From: a virus
IMG/VR virus record: IMGVR_UViG_3300045450_000145
Coordinates: 32,001 to 96,000 of that record
DNA length: 64,000 nt
Direction: 5' to 3' (one strand)
Both the position numbers and the translations under genes were made by a program. The notes below the pieces were generated by a model that saw only the letters and a list, made by a program, of their open reading frames with translations, made no database searches and had not been told where the DNA came from. Numbering within the stretch: position 1 is the first letter of the stretch; every line of letters begins with the position of its first letter. Of this stretch, positions 55,847 to 64,000 are shown in pieces.

Positions 55847-56532
55847 TGGCAGTTCTGTGCAATACAACTGATATTCACTTGACTTCAAGTATGGCGAATT
55901 TGCCACAGGCTGGGACGCCAGTTACGATTACTACTTGGATGGCAGCTAACTGGACAACTACCGCAGGAAGCTTTGTTGGATTATACGGGCCATCACCTAA
56001 TCCATCCACTGCAATTCAGATTGGGTGCCGTAATACCGCGGGCTCATGTCAGGTTTGGACATGGGGCGGTGGCTTGTTAGTTGCTACTGCGGGCAACATC
56101 ATGACTAACGGTAAGGTGCACTTCATTGCTTACACTTTTGATGGTAACACAAATCGCCTGTATGTCGATGGTGTCTTGCAAGCTACTTCAACTACCGCAA
56201 ATTTAGCAGGAAAGTTTGCAATGTTTTACATTAATGGCTTTCCAACTGGTGGTACCGCCGAAACCTCTAATCACATGGTTGATACCGTAAGACTTTATAA
56301 TAGAGCCTTATCTCAAAATGAAATTACCACCATTTTTAATTCAACTGGCGCAAGACATGGCATAGTGAATGGATTAATGTCTTATTATGAGTTTGACGAG
56401 GCGGCGCAAGGCGCTAACGTAAGTTCAGTTATTGATCAGTATCAAGGTGCAAACTTAATGCTTGCAGGCAGTGGGACTGCAATGACGTATACATATTCTA
56501 ATGCAGAATCTAAATTGAGGCCAGTATTATAA
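55846..56532 (+). CDS. LamG/concanavalin-A-like lectin-domain virion protein
   Basis: HFIAYTFDG....LYVDGVL, VDTVRLYNRALSQNEI. Confidence 0.8.
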   Translation: MAVLCNTTDIHLTSSMANLPQAGTPVTITTWMAANWTTTAGSFVGLYGPSPNPSTAIQIGCRNTAGSCQVWTWGGGLLVATAGNIMTNGKVHFIAYTFDGNTNRLYVDGVLQATSTTANLAGKFAMFYINGFPTGGTAETSNHMVDTVRLYNRALSQNEITTIFNSTGARHGIVNGLMSYYEFDEAAQGANVSSVIDQYQGANLMLAGSGTAMTYTYSNAESKLRPVL

Positions 56533-57380
56533 TGTCAGTTCACTTAGGAAAAATTTCGTTCTTAGATATACCAGACGTCAATGGGGTAAATTTATTACCT
56601 GCTACTGGTATTTCTACAATTACCGCGGATGCATTCTCAGCTAGACCCGCCGCGGCGGTAAGTGGCAGATTATTCTTAGATACTACTAACAATGTAATCT
56701 ATAGAGATAATGGCAGTGGGTGGGATTTGCTATCTCCTGCAGTTGGAACTGACAATCAAATTATTACTGACGGCAGTAAAATTGGGTTAGCTAATAACCC
56801 GGTTATCCCAGGTAGTGAAGGCATCACTATTCCAAATGGAACTACTGCACAGAGAGTTAGTAATAATGTTGGGCAAATAAGGTATAACACTTCTAACACC
56901 GAAGCTGAGGTATTTTCGGGCGGTAATTGGCTACCACTTGGTAAGCTAATTCAATCTCAAGCCGGCAATATTGCCCCTGTTTCTGGCGCATCTCAAAAGG
57001 CCAATACGACAGTGCCCACCACATCTGAGGGTATTTCTGTATTTTCAACTACCTTCACTCCTAAAGTGATAGGCTCATCAATCGTTGTGCAATACACATA
57101 TAGCGCTTATCACGGTACCGCTGGTAGAACGGTTTTCACTTCTTTATTTGCAAACACTACATGCATTGGTTTGACGACGGACGCAGTTGCAGTTGCGTCT
57201 GGCGCGGCAACCTTAACTATGCAGGCTGTAGTAAATACTACTTCACTTAATACGTTAACTATTTCCTGCCGCGCTGGGACATTAAATGGTACTGGAACCT
57301 TGTATGTTAATCAAACTCCACTTGGCGTCACATATGGTAATTCGCTAACAACTGAATATAGAATCTTGGAACTAATATGA
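56532..57380 (+). CDS. tail-fibre-related protein
   Basis: RPAA...GRLFLDT, IPNGTTAQR....GQIRYNT...E.F.GG.W. Confidence 0.75.
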   Translation: MSVHLGKISFLDIPDVNGVNLLPATGISTITADAFSARPAAAVSGRLFLDTTNNVIYRDNGSGWDLLSPAVGTDNQIITDGSKIGLANNPVIPGSEGITIPNGTTAQRVSNNVGQIRYNTSNTEAEVFSGGNWLPLGKLIQSQAGNIAPVSGASQKANTTVPTTSEGISVFSTTFTPKVIGSSIVVQYTYSAYHGTAGRTVFTSLFANTTCIGLTTDAVAVASGAATLTMQAVVNTTSLNTLTISCRAGTLNGTGTLYVNQTPLGVTYGNSLTTEYRILELI

Positions 57381-57892
57381 TTTTTGTTTCTTACATTGAT
57401 GCCATAAGCTCAAAATATCCTAACATGCAGGTGCAGAGCGAGGGTGATGGCACGAACTATGACAAGTTAGTTTCTCTTTCGGCTGCGCCAATTCCTCCTA
57501 AAGCTGAGCTTGACGCAGAAATTCTGGCCATTAAACAGAAGGAAATGTGGAAAGATATTCAAGAAGAGCGTGATGCACGCAAGGCTGGTGGTGTGAATGT
57601 AAACAACAATTGGTTCCACTCAGACGATTCATCACGCATTCAATTCATCGCCTTAGTTGCTTCGGGTGCAAATATGCCAAAGGGTATTATGTGGAAGACG
57701 ATGCGAGGTACATTTGTCGAGATGACCCCTCAGCTTGCAGCTCAAGTATTCTCTGCTATTATTTCCACTGATATTCAAATCTTTGCTAAAGCTGAACAAC
57801 ATAGAATGGCAATGGAAAAGTTGGAAGATCCAGCACAATACGAATACTTAAAAGATTGGCCAACTGTGTATAAGGACGTGAAAGATAACTAA
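57377..57892 (+). CDS. DUF4376-like tail fibre assembly protein
   Basis: GGVNVNNNWFHSD...WKTM.G.FV.MTP; paralogue of the 6832..7698 C-terminus. Confidence 0.75.
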   Translation: MIFVSYIDAISSKYPNMQVQSEGDGTNYDKLVSLSAAPIPPKAELDAEILAIKQKEMWKDIQEERDARKAGGVNVNNNWFHSDDSSRIQFIALVASGANMPKGIMWKTMRGTFVEMTPQLAAQVFSAIISTDIQIFAKAEQHRMAMEKLEDPAQYEYLKDWPTVYKDVKDN

Positions 57893-58320
57893 TGTCCATT
57901 AACGCATGTACAATTTCTGAATCTACATTAGATACCTTCTGTGGTAGAAGGCGATCTATAGTCTTGACGCGCCTAATTAAAGAGGCAGGTCATGAGATTG
58001 TATTGCCTCCTATCATTGATCCACCAACTCCACCAAAATATACTGGAGGAGGTCATGGTTCAACTGGCATTAGATTTAATCCAGGTATTCCATTACCATC
58101 TAGACAGCCACCACAATTTATCTCGCGGGCGTCAGAAACTGAATTTAACACAAACATTAGCATGGCCGAGCTACCATACATCATGCTCGATGTTGAGCTC
58201 TTTAATATGCAAGGTAGAGGCACCGTTGAGAATAAGCGCACAAATGAGTTTGTCACACTCACTGACTTAGAATTTACCATGTCAGAAATAACAATAAATA
58301 TTACTGATTTGGAGATTTAA
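57892..58320 (+). CDS. hypothetical late protein, Pro-rich middle
   Basis: 142 aa, TAATG-coupled. Confidence 0.6.
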   Translation: MSINACTISESTLDTFCGRRRSIVLTRLIKEAGHEIVLPPIIDPPTPPKYTGGGHGSTGIRFNPGIPLPSRQPPQFISRASETEFNTNISMAELPYIMLDVELFNMQGRGTVENKRTNEFVTLTDLEFTMSEITINITDLEI

Positions 58321-58322
58321 TA

Positions 58323-58847
58323 ATGCTATACATTGGAAAAAGCAACGAGGTCAAATTTAAGTTAAATATCTTTGGAACTCAAAGCAAACCTGACGTTCGT
58401 ATTATTATTGAAACCGAAGATTCTGATTTAGGATTTAAGGCCGAAGAAGTTAGAGATGAGCCGGGCAGATATTATGCTGAAATTTCAATCGACGAAGCTT
58501 TAAGCCCGGGAACCTACAAGTTTAGAGTTGAAGTCATTATTAATGACCGCCTAATAGTACCACTCCGCCGTACAGTAGAAATACAATATGAAGAGCCTTT
58601 AATGGCCGCGCCAGAAGTTACTCCACCAGTTGAAGAGCCAATTGCGCCAGAACTAGATGCAGTTCGTAGTGAGGAAGTAGTTCCTAAAACTACAAAGCCT
58701 GAAGTTTCTAAAATATCAATTATTGATATTGCAAAGGAAGCTGAGAAGGTGCAAGTTGTAGTTAGGGAAAATATTTCAAAGCCAAAAATTAAAATCACAC
58801 CTCGAATCCCAATTAAACTAACTAAGGGAGAGGTTGTTTACAAATAA
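58323..58847 (+). CDS. hypothetical protein (Ig-like N-half, Pro/Glu-rich C-half)
   Basis: PGTYKFRVEVII beta-sandwich-like segment. Confidence 0.6.
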   Translation: MLYIGKSNEVKFKLNIFGTQSKPDVRIIIETEDSDLGFKAEEVRDEPGRYYAEISIDEALSPGTYKFRVEVIINDRLIVPLRRTVEIQYEEPLMAAPEVTPPVEEPIAPELDAVRSEEVVPKTTKPEVSKISIIDIAKEAEKVQVVVRENISKPKIKITPRIPIKLTKGEVVYK

Positions 58848-58854
58848 GGGATAT

Positions 58855-59010
58855 ATGAGAATTCTTAGCGACAACACGGTGTCTAAGTCCGACTTAGACA
58901 GCATTGACGAAAAGCAGTCACGTCAAATCAAACAGCTTAGAGTTGCAGTTGGTGCAAGCTTCGCTTTAAATTTAGTAATTACGCTGGTATTATTCTTAAT
59001 CTTAGTATGA
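58855..59010 (+). CDS. small membrane protein (51 aa)
   Basis: C-terminal hydrophobic helix; ATGA overlap with next gene. Confidence 0.55.
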   Translation: MRILSDNTVSKSDLDSIDEKQSRQIKQLRVAVGASFALNLVITLVLFLILV

Positions 59011-59318
59011 GAGGCATTCAAGTAATTGGGTGTCTATTTCTAGTGGCGTGCGCGCCCCTCGTGACTGACACTGAAAAGAAATACCCCATCACTGATGCAT
59101 ATTGCAACACGATGGCCAGAGCTGCATATCCTCGTAACATACAACGCACCGTCGTGAAAGAAGAGGAAGTTGGTGGCGAAGACATTAGCTGTAAGTTGGG
59201 GGAAACCATTACGTGCGAGGTGGTTACAAAGAGCAAGGTACCAGCAACCTATTCCAGGCAGGACTTAAACTTAACAAATAGAAGACAATACGTCACTGCG
59301 TGTCTTGGCATGAAGTAA
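59007..59318 (+). CDS. putative lipoprotein
   Basis: Signal peptide ending LVAC; several further Cys. Confidence 0.6.
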   Translation: MRGIQVIGCLFLVACAPLVTDTEKKYPITDAYCNTMARAAYPRNIQRTVVKEEEVGGEDISCKLGETITCEVVTKSKVPATYSRQDLNLTNRRQYVTACLGMK

Positions 59319-59347
59319 TGTACATCCTTCGATAAGTTTAATATAAT
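59319..59347 (+). promoter_or_regulatory. sigma70-like promoter TGTACA-N17-TATAAT
   Basis: -35 at 59319-59324, -10 at 59342-59347, then SD AAGGA. Confidence 0.8.
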
Positions 59348-59373
59348 GATCGTATCTACAGAAAAGGACGATC

Positions 59374-60516
59374 ATGAGCAAATTCCCGACTATCCGTCAC
59401 CTCAATGACCTGCTGCCTTACATCCAGGGCAACCCTCAATTCCGTGTGGCATCTGACGAGAACGACTTCACTGTCGTGTGTTATATGCTGCAGGACGAAG
59501 ACACCTTCCGCGGCGAACACCCTGAAATGTATCGCGAGTGTCGTGGTATCACCTTTGATCCTGCTGGCTTCATTGCTTCTCGCACCCTTCACAAGTTCCA
59601 GAACGTAGGTGAAAATGAAGAAACCCAACCGTCCATGATTCCGTGGGACAAGATTGACCGCATCATGGATAAGCGAGATGGCTCGATGATCACACCTGTC
59701 CATATGACTGATGGCTCTATTAAGTGCAAAACTAAGAAGACCTTTACTTCTAACGAGGCGATCGCCGCAACTGAATTTCTTAATAAGTCTGCTGAAAACG
59801 TAGAGTGGGTTATTAGCATCTTGAAGGCGGGATTTACTCCTACCTTTGAGTGGACTTCGCCGCGATTCCCTATCGTTTTGACGTATGATAAGGATGAGCT
59901 AACTTTGCTACAAATCCGGGAAAATTCTTCTGGCAAGTACATCTCTAACCTCGGCGATGGTGGTCGCTACACTCGCGATTGCCCGTTTCCCATTGTCGAG
60001 AACCTAATGAATAAGTTCGAAGACCCGCGAGAACTCCTAGAACTTGCAAAAACTGAAACCGGCATCGAAGGGTGGATCATCCAAGCCGAAGATGGTCAAA
60101 TGTGGAAGATCAAAACTAAGTGGTATTGCGATCTGCATCACGCAGTGACTTTTACCCGCTGGCGTGACGTTGCACGTTCGGTGCTAGATGAGCAATCTGA
60201 TGATCTGAAGGCGGCATTTTCTATGACTGGGCGAGACACCTCGGCTATCGTTCAAGTTGAGAATCAAATCCACAACCAGATTGCGAAAGTGCAGCTGCTA
60301 GTTGAAGAGTTTGCTGGAAATGGTAAGCTCCTTAATCAAACTGCAAAGGATATGGCTCTAGCTCACAAGGGCCGAGAGCACTTTGGCCTAATCATGAATC
60401 TATTCAATGGTAAGCAGATCAACTGGTACGACTGGTATAAGAAGAACTACCTAGATAAGTGGTCGCTTGAAGTTATTCCGCTAGAAAATCCGGTTCTGCC
60501 GGCATTGGAGTCATAA
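59374..60516 (+). CDS. RNA ligase, T4 Rnl1-like
   Basis: RECRGITFD, RTLHKFQNVGE, KRDGSMI (motif I), TPTFEW.SP..PIV, LLQIREN.SG.Y, EGWII, KIKTKWY. Confidence 0.92.
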   Translation: MSKFPTIRHLNDLLPYIQGNPQFRVASDENDFTVVCYMLQDEDTFRGEHPEMYRECRGITFDPAGFIASRTLHKFQNVGENEETQPSMIPWDKIDRIMDKRDGSMITPVHMTDGSIKCKTKKTFTSNEAIAATEFLNKSAENVEWVISILKAGFTPTFEWTSPRFPIVLTYDKDELTLLQIRENSSGKYISNLGDGGRYTRDCPFPIVENLMNKFEDPRELLELAKTETGIEGWIIQAEDGQMWKIKTKWYCDLHHAVTFTRWRDVARSVLDEQSDDLKAAFSMTGRDTSAIVQVENQIHNQIAKVQLLVEEFAGNGKLLNQTAKDMALAHKGREHFGLIMNLFNGKQINWYDWYKKNYLDKWSLEVIPLENPVLPALES

Positions 60517-61136
60517 TGTCAACTCAACAAAATCAGGGAGGGGGGAACATCTTCGCCTTCCTTTTTATTCTGCCCATTCTAATTATAACGTGCATTTCCT
60601 GTTTCATTGCCTGGGTTGCTGCATGCGGTAAGGCTGGCTATCGAACAGTAAAATTACTGAGCTTCCCAGCTACTTTTGCTTTAACTAACATGGTTGGCAT
60701 CTTGTTCTTTATCCCAATCGCCCTCATCTTGGGGGTGTTTGTGGATAAGGACGTTGCAACCTATGCATTTAGCTCTCTTCGAGACCTAACTATGTTCCCA
60801 ATTTGGGGTCCCATAATCTCTGGATTTTGGAACTTTGGTGTAACTGACTTTACTCCTCAGATTCCATTCTGGCACATGGCAGTTTATCAAATTGCTTTGT
60901 ATTTTATTTTTGGCCGCGGCATCAGTCGTCAAGTCAACATGGCGGTGATGGACTCAGCAATTCAACACATCGCACGAAATAATAATGTTAATGCGATTGA
61001 TTACCGTGAGCTGATCATTGAGACTAACTCAGCATATGCTAAGCACGCAAACTATTACCGTGTTAGGGGTAAGGCGCCCCTCCTAGGAATTGCATCAGTG
61101 GCTTTCTCAGGTGGATCACCCTTCAATTATTATTAA
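60516..61136 (+). CDS. multi-pass membrane protein
   Basis: 3-4 hydrophobic helices. Confidence 0.7.
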   Translation: MSTQQNQGGGNIFAFLFILPILIITCISCFIAWVAACGKAGYRTVKLLSFPATFALTNMVGILFFIPIALILGVFVDKDVATYAFSSLRDLTMFPIWGPIISGFWNFGVTDFTPQIPFWHMAVYQIALYFIFGRGISRQVNMAVMDSAIQHIARNNNVNAIDYRELIIETNSAYAKHANYYRVRGKAPLLGIASVAFSGGSPFNYY

Positions 61137-61182
61137 GGTTACAAATTTGTGTATAATGTTCTCATATTAACACGGAGAACAT

Positions 61183-61833
61183 ATGACCGAAGAAAGCCCC
61201 GACCAAATTACATCAGTACCATATGAGCTCATCACGTTGCAAAACCTGGGTGCTCATATGTTATTTGGTGAAATCAACCAAGTTAGTGCTCTGCAAACCT
61301 GCGAGTTTATTATTAAGGCAAACATGCTGCGCGCCTCGTCCTCACCTTTAACTTTATTAGTTAATTCAGAGGGCGGTAGTGTTAATGACGGTTTTGCGAT
61401 CATTGACATTATGGAAACATCTCGCCTACCAATCCAGACTGTTGGCACTGGGCTAATTGCTTCGATGGGCTTGCTCATCTCTACTGCAGGCCACAAAGGC
61501 ACTAGAACCATTACTAAAAATACTGAAATCATGGCTCACCAGTTTATCGGCGGCGTCTATGGTAAGCATCACGAGCTAATGGCAGTTCAACACGAACACC
61601 TTCGCCTTGAGCAGCTCTTTATTAAGCATTTCGTCCGTCACTCTAACATGACCGAAAAGCAAATCAAGGACATTCTATTCTCACCATCAGATAGATGGCT
61701 CTCACCTGACGAAGCCAAGAAATATGGCTTGTGCGACCGAGTTACTGAGTTTCTAGATATCCCAGACGAGAAGCCTAAAGCAAAGCGGCCTTCTCGTGCA
61801 AAACCTAAGGCTGCAGAATCAGAAGCTGATTGA
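61183..61833 (+). CDS. clpP: ClpP-family serine protease
   Basis: VNSEGGSV.DG.AI.D, IASMG (Ser), IMAHQ (His), DRWLSPDEAKKYGLCD. Confidence 0.92.
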   Translation: MTEESPDQITSVPYELITLQNLGAHMLFGEINQVSALQTCEFIIKANMLRASSSPLTLLVNSEGGSVNDGFAIIDIMETSRLPIQTVGTGLIASMGLLISTAGHKGTRTITKNTEIMAHQFIGGVYGKHHELMAVQHEHLRLEQLFIKHFVRHSNMTEKQIKDILFSPSDRWLSPDEAKKYGLCDRVTEFLDIPDEKPKAKRPSRAKPKAAESEAD

Positions 61834-62043
61834 ACTTTTAAATGCAATCAATGACCCCGCATGACCAATCGCCTCAATAAGCGGTTTGGACATTGCGGGG
61901 TTCTGTCTGTAAAAGAATAGCTTCTCTTCCAAGTAATTTTTAATTTCGATTAGTTCATTAATTGACAAATCCTGCCACGTTTCACGTTTCGCAAGATTAA
62001 CCGTTGGTACATCTGTAAAATACTCGCCTGAACCTTCTTGCAT
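61819..62043 (-). CDS. hypothetical protein
   Basis: Strong SD AAGGAG on the - strand. Confidence 0.65.
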   Translation of the reverse strand: MQEGSGEYFTDVPTVNLAKRETWQDLSINELIEIKNYLEEKLFFYRQNPAMSKPLIEAIGHAGSLIAFKSSISF

Positions 62044-62092
62044 ATTGTCTCCTTTTATGTGTGTATGTTAATATATATTTTAGTAAGACACA

Positions 62093-62100
62093 CATAAATA
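62093..62100 (+). promoter_or_regulatory. late promoter variant CATAAATA
   Basis: Upstream of 62128; part of an 11-bp inverted repeat with 62054-62064. Confidence 0.55.
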
Positions 62101-62127
62101 AACTTAGAAAAACTAAGTCACCTAACC

Positions 62128-62487
62128 ATGAAACTTCACCAAGCAGTAATCCATGAAATGACAGGCCCAGTTCCTTACGAACTAACCCTGCAAAACATCA
62201 TTGATCGTGGTGACACAAATGATGGCTACGAAATCTTCGTGCTGTCAGCTTTATCAGAACATTTCTCGGGTCTTCAAGCTACAAAGCCATTTGAAGGTTC
62301 GATTCCCTCCTCTTCTGGTGCGACCTCGGTCGTCGCCATTGAGTCCATCAAGAGCCTATCTCCCTCCGAAAAGGTGAATCTAGCCCAATATCTCCTAGGT
62401 GCAATAAACTATGGGTATAGTGCTACTCACAGCTCACAACTTAGCTCCTCTGATTGGATCCGTTACGTCCTGCAAAGACAAGATTGA
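62128..62487 (+). CDS. hypothetical protein with MKLHQAVIHE N-terminus
   Basis: 119 aa, follows a late-type promoter. Confidence 0.65.
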   Translation: MKLHQAVIHEMTGPVPYELTLQNIIDRGDTNDGYEIFVLSALSEHFSGLQATKPFEGSIPSSSGATSVVAIESIKSLSPSEKVNLAQYLLGAINYGYSATHSSQLSSSDWIRYVLQRQD

Positions 62488-62526
62488 AGGACGTGTTTTT
62501 ATTCATCCCATTTAAGGAGGAAAATA

Positions 62527-63309
62527 ATGGGAAGAAAGCTCGCCACCGCAAAACAGAAGTATCCACAACCAATTAACCCAGAGGGCTCAACAGCGATTAG
62601 ATTAAAGTGCCGCACCCAGCCAAAGAATGAATCTCAAGGCTTCTACATTGAAGCGTTGCAGTCATCTAAAGTTACAATCGGTACTGGGCCAGCCGGATCA
62701 GGTAAATCATTCTTGGCAATGATGGTCGGTTTAGATAAGTTACTCAACAATGAGGTATCTAAGATCGTCATCACTCGTCCTATCGTCGAAGCCGGTGAAT
62801 CTCTTGGATTCTTACCAGGTACCTTCGAGGAAAAGATTTCACCATATCTTCTACCTCTACTCGACGCGCTCAATGACTTGGTCGGTCCAACTGCTGCAAA
62901 GAAGCTGCTGGATAATGGAAAAATTGAATTTGCGCCGTTAGCCTACATGAGAGGCCGCACATTCAACAACTGCTACGTCATCTTAGACGAAGCTCAGAAT
63001 ACCTCAATCGAACAGATTAAGTTGTTCATTACTAGAATTGGTGAATATTCACAGTTTGTTATTAATGGAGACGTTTCACAATCTGACTTACGAGGAGTGC
63101 CAGAAAACGGTTTAGAGTGGATTACACGTAAGCTTAAAGGTCGCGATCGCAACATCAACGTAGTTGAATTTACTTCAAGCGACGTTGTTAGATCTGAGAT
63201 TCTAAAAACTATTCTCACTCACATTGAATCTCCAGATGTGCGAAAGGAGCCACAGCGAAGAGTGTCAAATGGCAGAGTACATCACGAAGCTGCAATTTTC
63301 AGAAGTTAA
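62527..63309 (+). CDS. phoH: PhoH-family ATPase
   Basis: GPAGSGKS, ITRP.VEAGESLGFLPG, PLAYMRGRTF, ILDEAQN, GD..QSD, DVVRS. Confidence 0.95.
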   Translation: MGRKLATAKQKYPQPINPEGSTAIRLKCRTQPKNESQGFYIEALQSSKVTIGTGPAGSGKSFLAMMVGLDKLLNNEVSKIVITRPIVEAGESLGFLPGTFEEKISPYLLPLLDALNDLVGPTAAKKLLDNGKIEFAPLAYMRGRTFNNCYVILDEAQNTSIEQIKLFITRIGEYSQFVINGDVSQSDLRGVPENGLEWITRKLKGRDRNINVVEFTSSDVVRSEILKTILTHIESPDVRKEPQRRVSNGRVHHEAAIFRS

Positions 63310-63311
63310 AT

Positions 63312-63337
63312 AAAAGGGAAGCTTAGCTTCCCTTTTT
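63312..63337 (+). terminator. intrinsic terminator
   Basis: AAAAGGGAAGC-TTA-GCTTCCCTTTTT. Confidence 0.85.
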
Positions 63338-63424
63338 AATTCCCGCTCCGCAATAAATAAAGTCGTGCATCATTTAGATAACTGGGCAGATGTGCAAATT
63401 ATTTTTACCCAGTAGGAGCATTAT

Positions 63425-64000
63425 ATGGCATACATCTTAAGATGGAAAAACCCTAGTGTCAACTCACAGAAGGCAACTGAAATTTCAGTTCCTGTTGGTT
63501 CCATCGTTTCAGACAAGGCGTCCCTTCGTTTTACTGGTAAGGGCGCATCAAATTACGGCACCGTGCAGCAAGAAAACTTGCTGTGGCTATTGGAAAATTT
63601 TGCAGGCCCAGATTCACCGAATAACCCAACTGTTGGTCAAATTTGGTTTGACACCGCAAACAGCGTCTTGCGAGTATGCACATCAACTACACCTTTAATT
63701 TGGCGTTCATTTACAGGTGCTCAAGTCACCAACGTTGGCTCTGACGCCCCAACGCCAGCAGTAACTGGAGATGAATGGATTCAAAAGACGGGCACTGCCT
63801 CCGCCATTACTTACATTTACACCGGCTTAGGTCGCTACCCAGAAAAAGATGGTGTAATTGGTGGGTGGGAACAAACCTTCCCTAATGTCCAAATTGCTGG
63901 CGGGCGTGAAGAGTTTGACAATGCGCAGGAAATGGTCTTAAAGTTAATTGGGGATACCACCACTGGCGGTAATGGCGCATACGGCAAGTTAATTACTAAC
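63425..64000 (+). CDS. virion structural protein (3' truncated; absent from ORF track)
   Basis: SD AGGAG; MAYILRW...GKGASNYG..QQENLLWLLENFA....P.NP..GQIWFD is a baseplate/fibre N-terminal motif of large phages; AATAAATA at 63352-63359 upstream. Confidence 0.8.
   Translation, partial: MAYILRWKNPSVNSQKATEISVPVGSIVSDKASLRFTGKGASNYGTVQQENLLWLLENFAGPDSPNNPTVGQIWFDTANSVLRVCTSTTPLIWRSFTGAQVTNVGSDAPTPAVTGDEWIQKTGTASAITYIYTGLGRYPEKDGVIGGWEQTFPNVQIAGGREEFDNAQEMVLKLIGDTTTGGNGAYGKLITN

Noticed and set aside
62296-62306. GGTTCGATTCC, resembling a tRNA T-loop
   Set aside because: Lies inside a plausible CDS, the T-stem is mismatched and no D-arm or acceptor stem is found. No tRNA gene was found in the window.
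1796-63698. Numerous nested or antisense ORFs in the track (e.g. 2877..3131, 13187..13528, 35060..35521, 49471..49962, 53401..53796, 63456..63698)
   Set aside because: Shadow frames of well-supported genes, without SD or recognisable motifs
1-64000. Stop-codon reassignment
   Set aside because: Conserved enzymes are full length in code 11 and gene density is high
1-64000. Nucleus-forming (PhiKZ-like) phage
   Set aside because: No PhuZ, shell or multisubunit RNAP genes are seen here; promoters and enzymes are T4-like

Overview
This is a 64-kb segment of a large, AT-rich lytic dsDNA phage genome in standard code 11, most consistent with a T4-superfamily jumbo myophage. Support: T4-type late promoters (TATAAATA/CATAAATA) ahead of virion genes, a T4-type two-subunit topoisomerase II, a T4 Rnl1-like RNA ligase, PhoH and a gp42-like dCMP-modifying enzyme. 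A Gram-negative, probably proteobacterial, host is inferred from lipoproteins, sigma70-like promoters and the tail-assembly gene types. Layout: (1) 1-6.8 kb, HD-domain fragment, DHFR, bactofilin and a complete PrkA/YeaG-YeaH-SpoVR/YcgB operon; (2) 6.8-18.9 kb, two minus-strand tail-fibre operons, one holding a 2OG-Fe(II) oxygenase cassette, separated by a Pol-beta-type nucleotidyltransferase; (3) 19-31 kb, a DNA-modification and nucleotide-sugar region (dCMP-type thymidylate synthase paralogue, two NMP kinases, UDG-like protein, GalE, GT-B glycosyltransferase, UDP-galactopyranose mutase, cytidylyltransferase); (4) 31-47 kb, early/middle genes (Pth2-like, ART-like, topoisomerase II, membrane array, DnaJ, SLOG, Tpt1, ThyA, macrodomain, nuclease-like); (5) 47.5-59 kb, a late fibre operon; (6) 59-64 kb, Rnl1, ClpP, PhoH and the start of another virion gene. 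The strongest candidate for an undescribed system is a cytosine hypermodification pathway using a furanose sugar donor (UDP-Galf or UDP-Araf). Other candidates are the phage-borne bactofilin plus YeaG/YeaH/YcgB module and a set of probably head-packaged, injected enzymes. All protein assignments come from motifs read by eye. No database search was run, so novelty is unverified.
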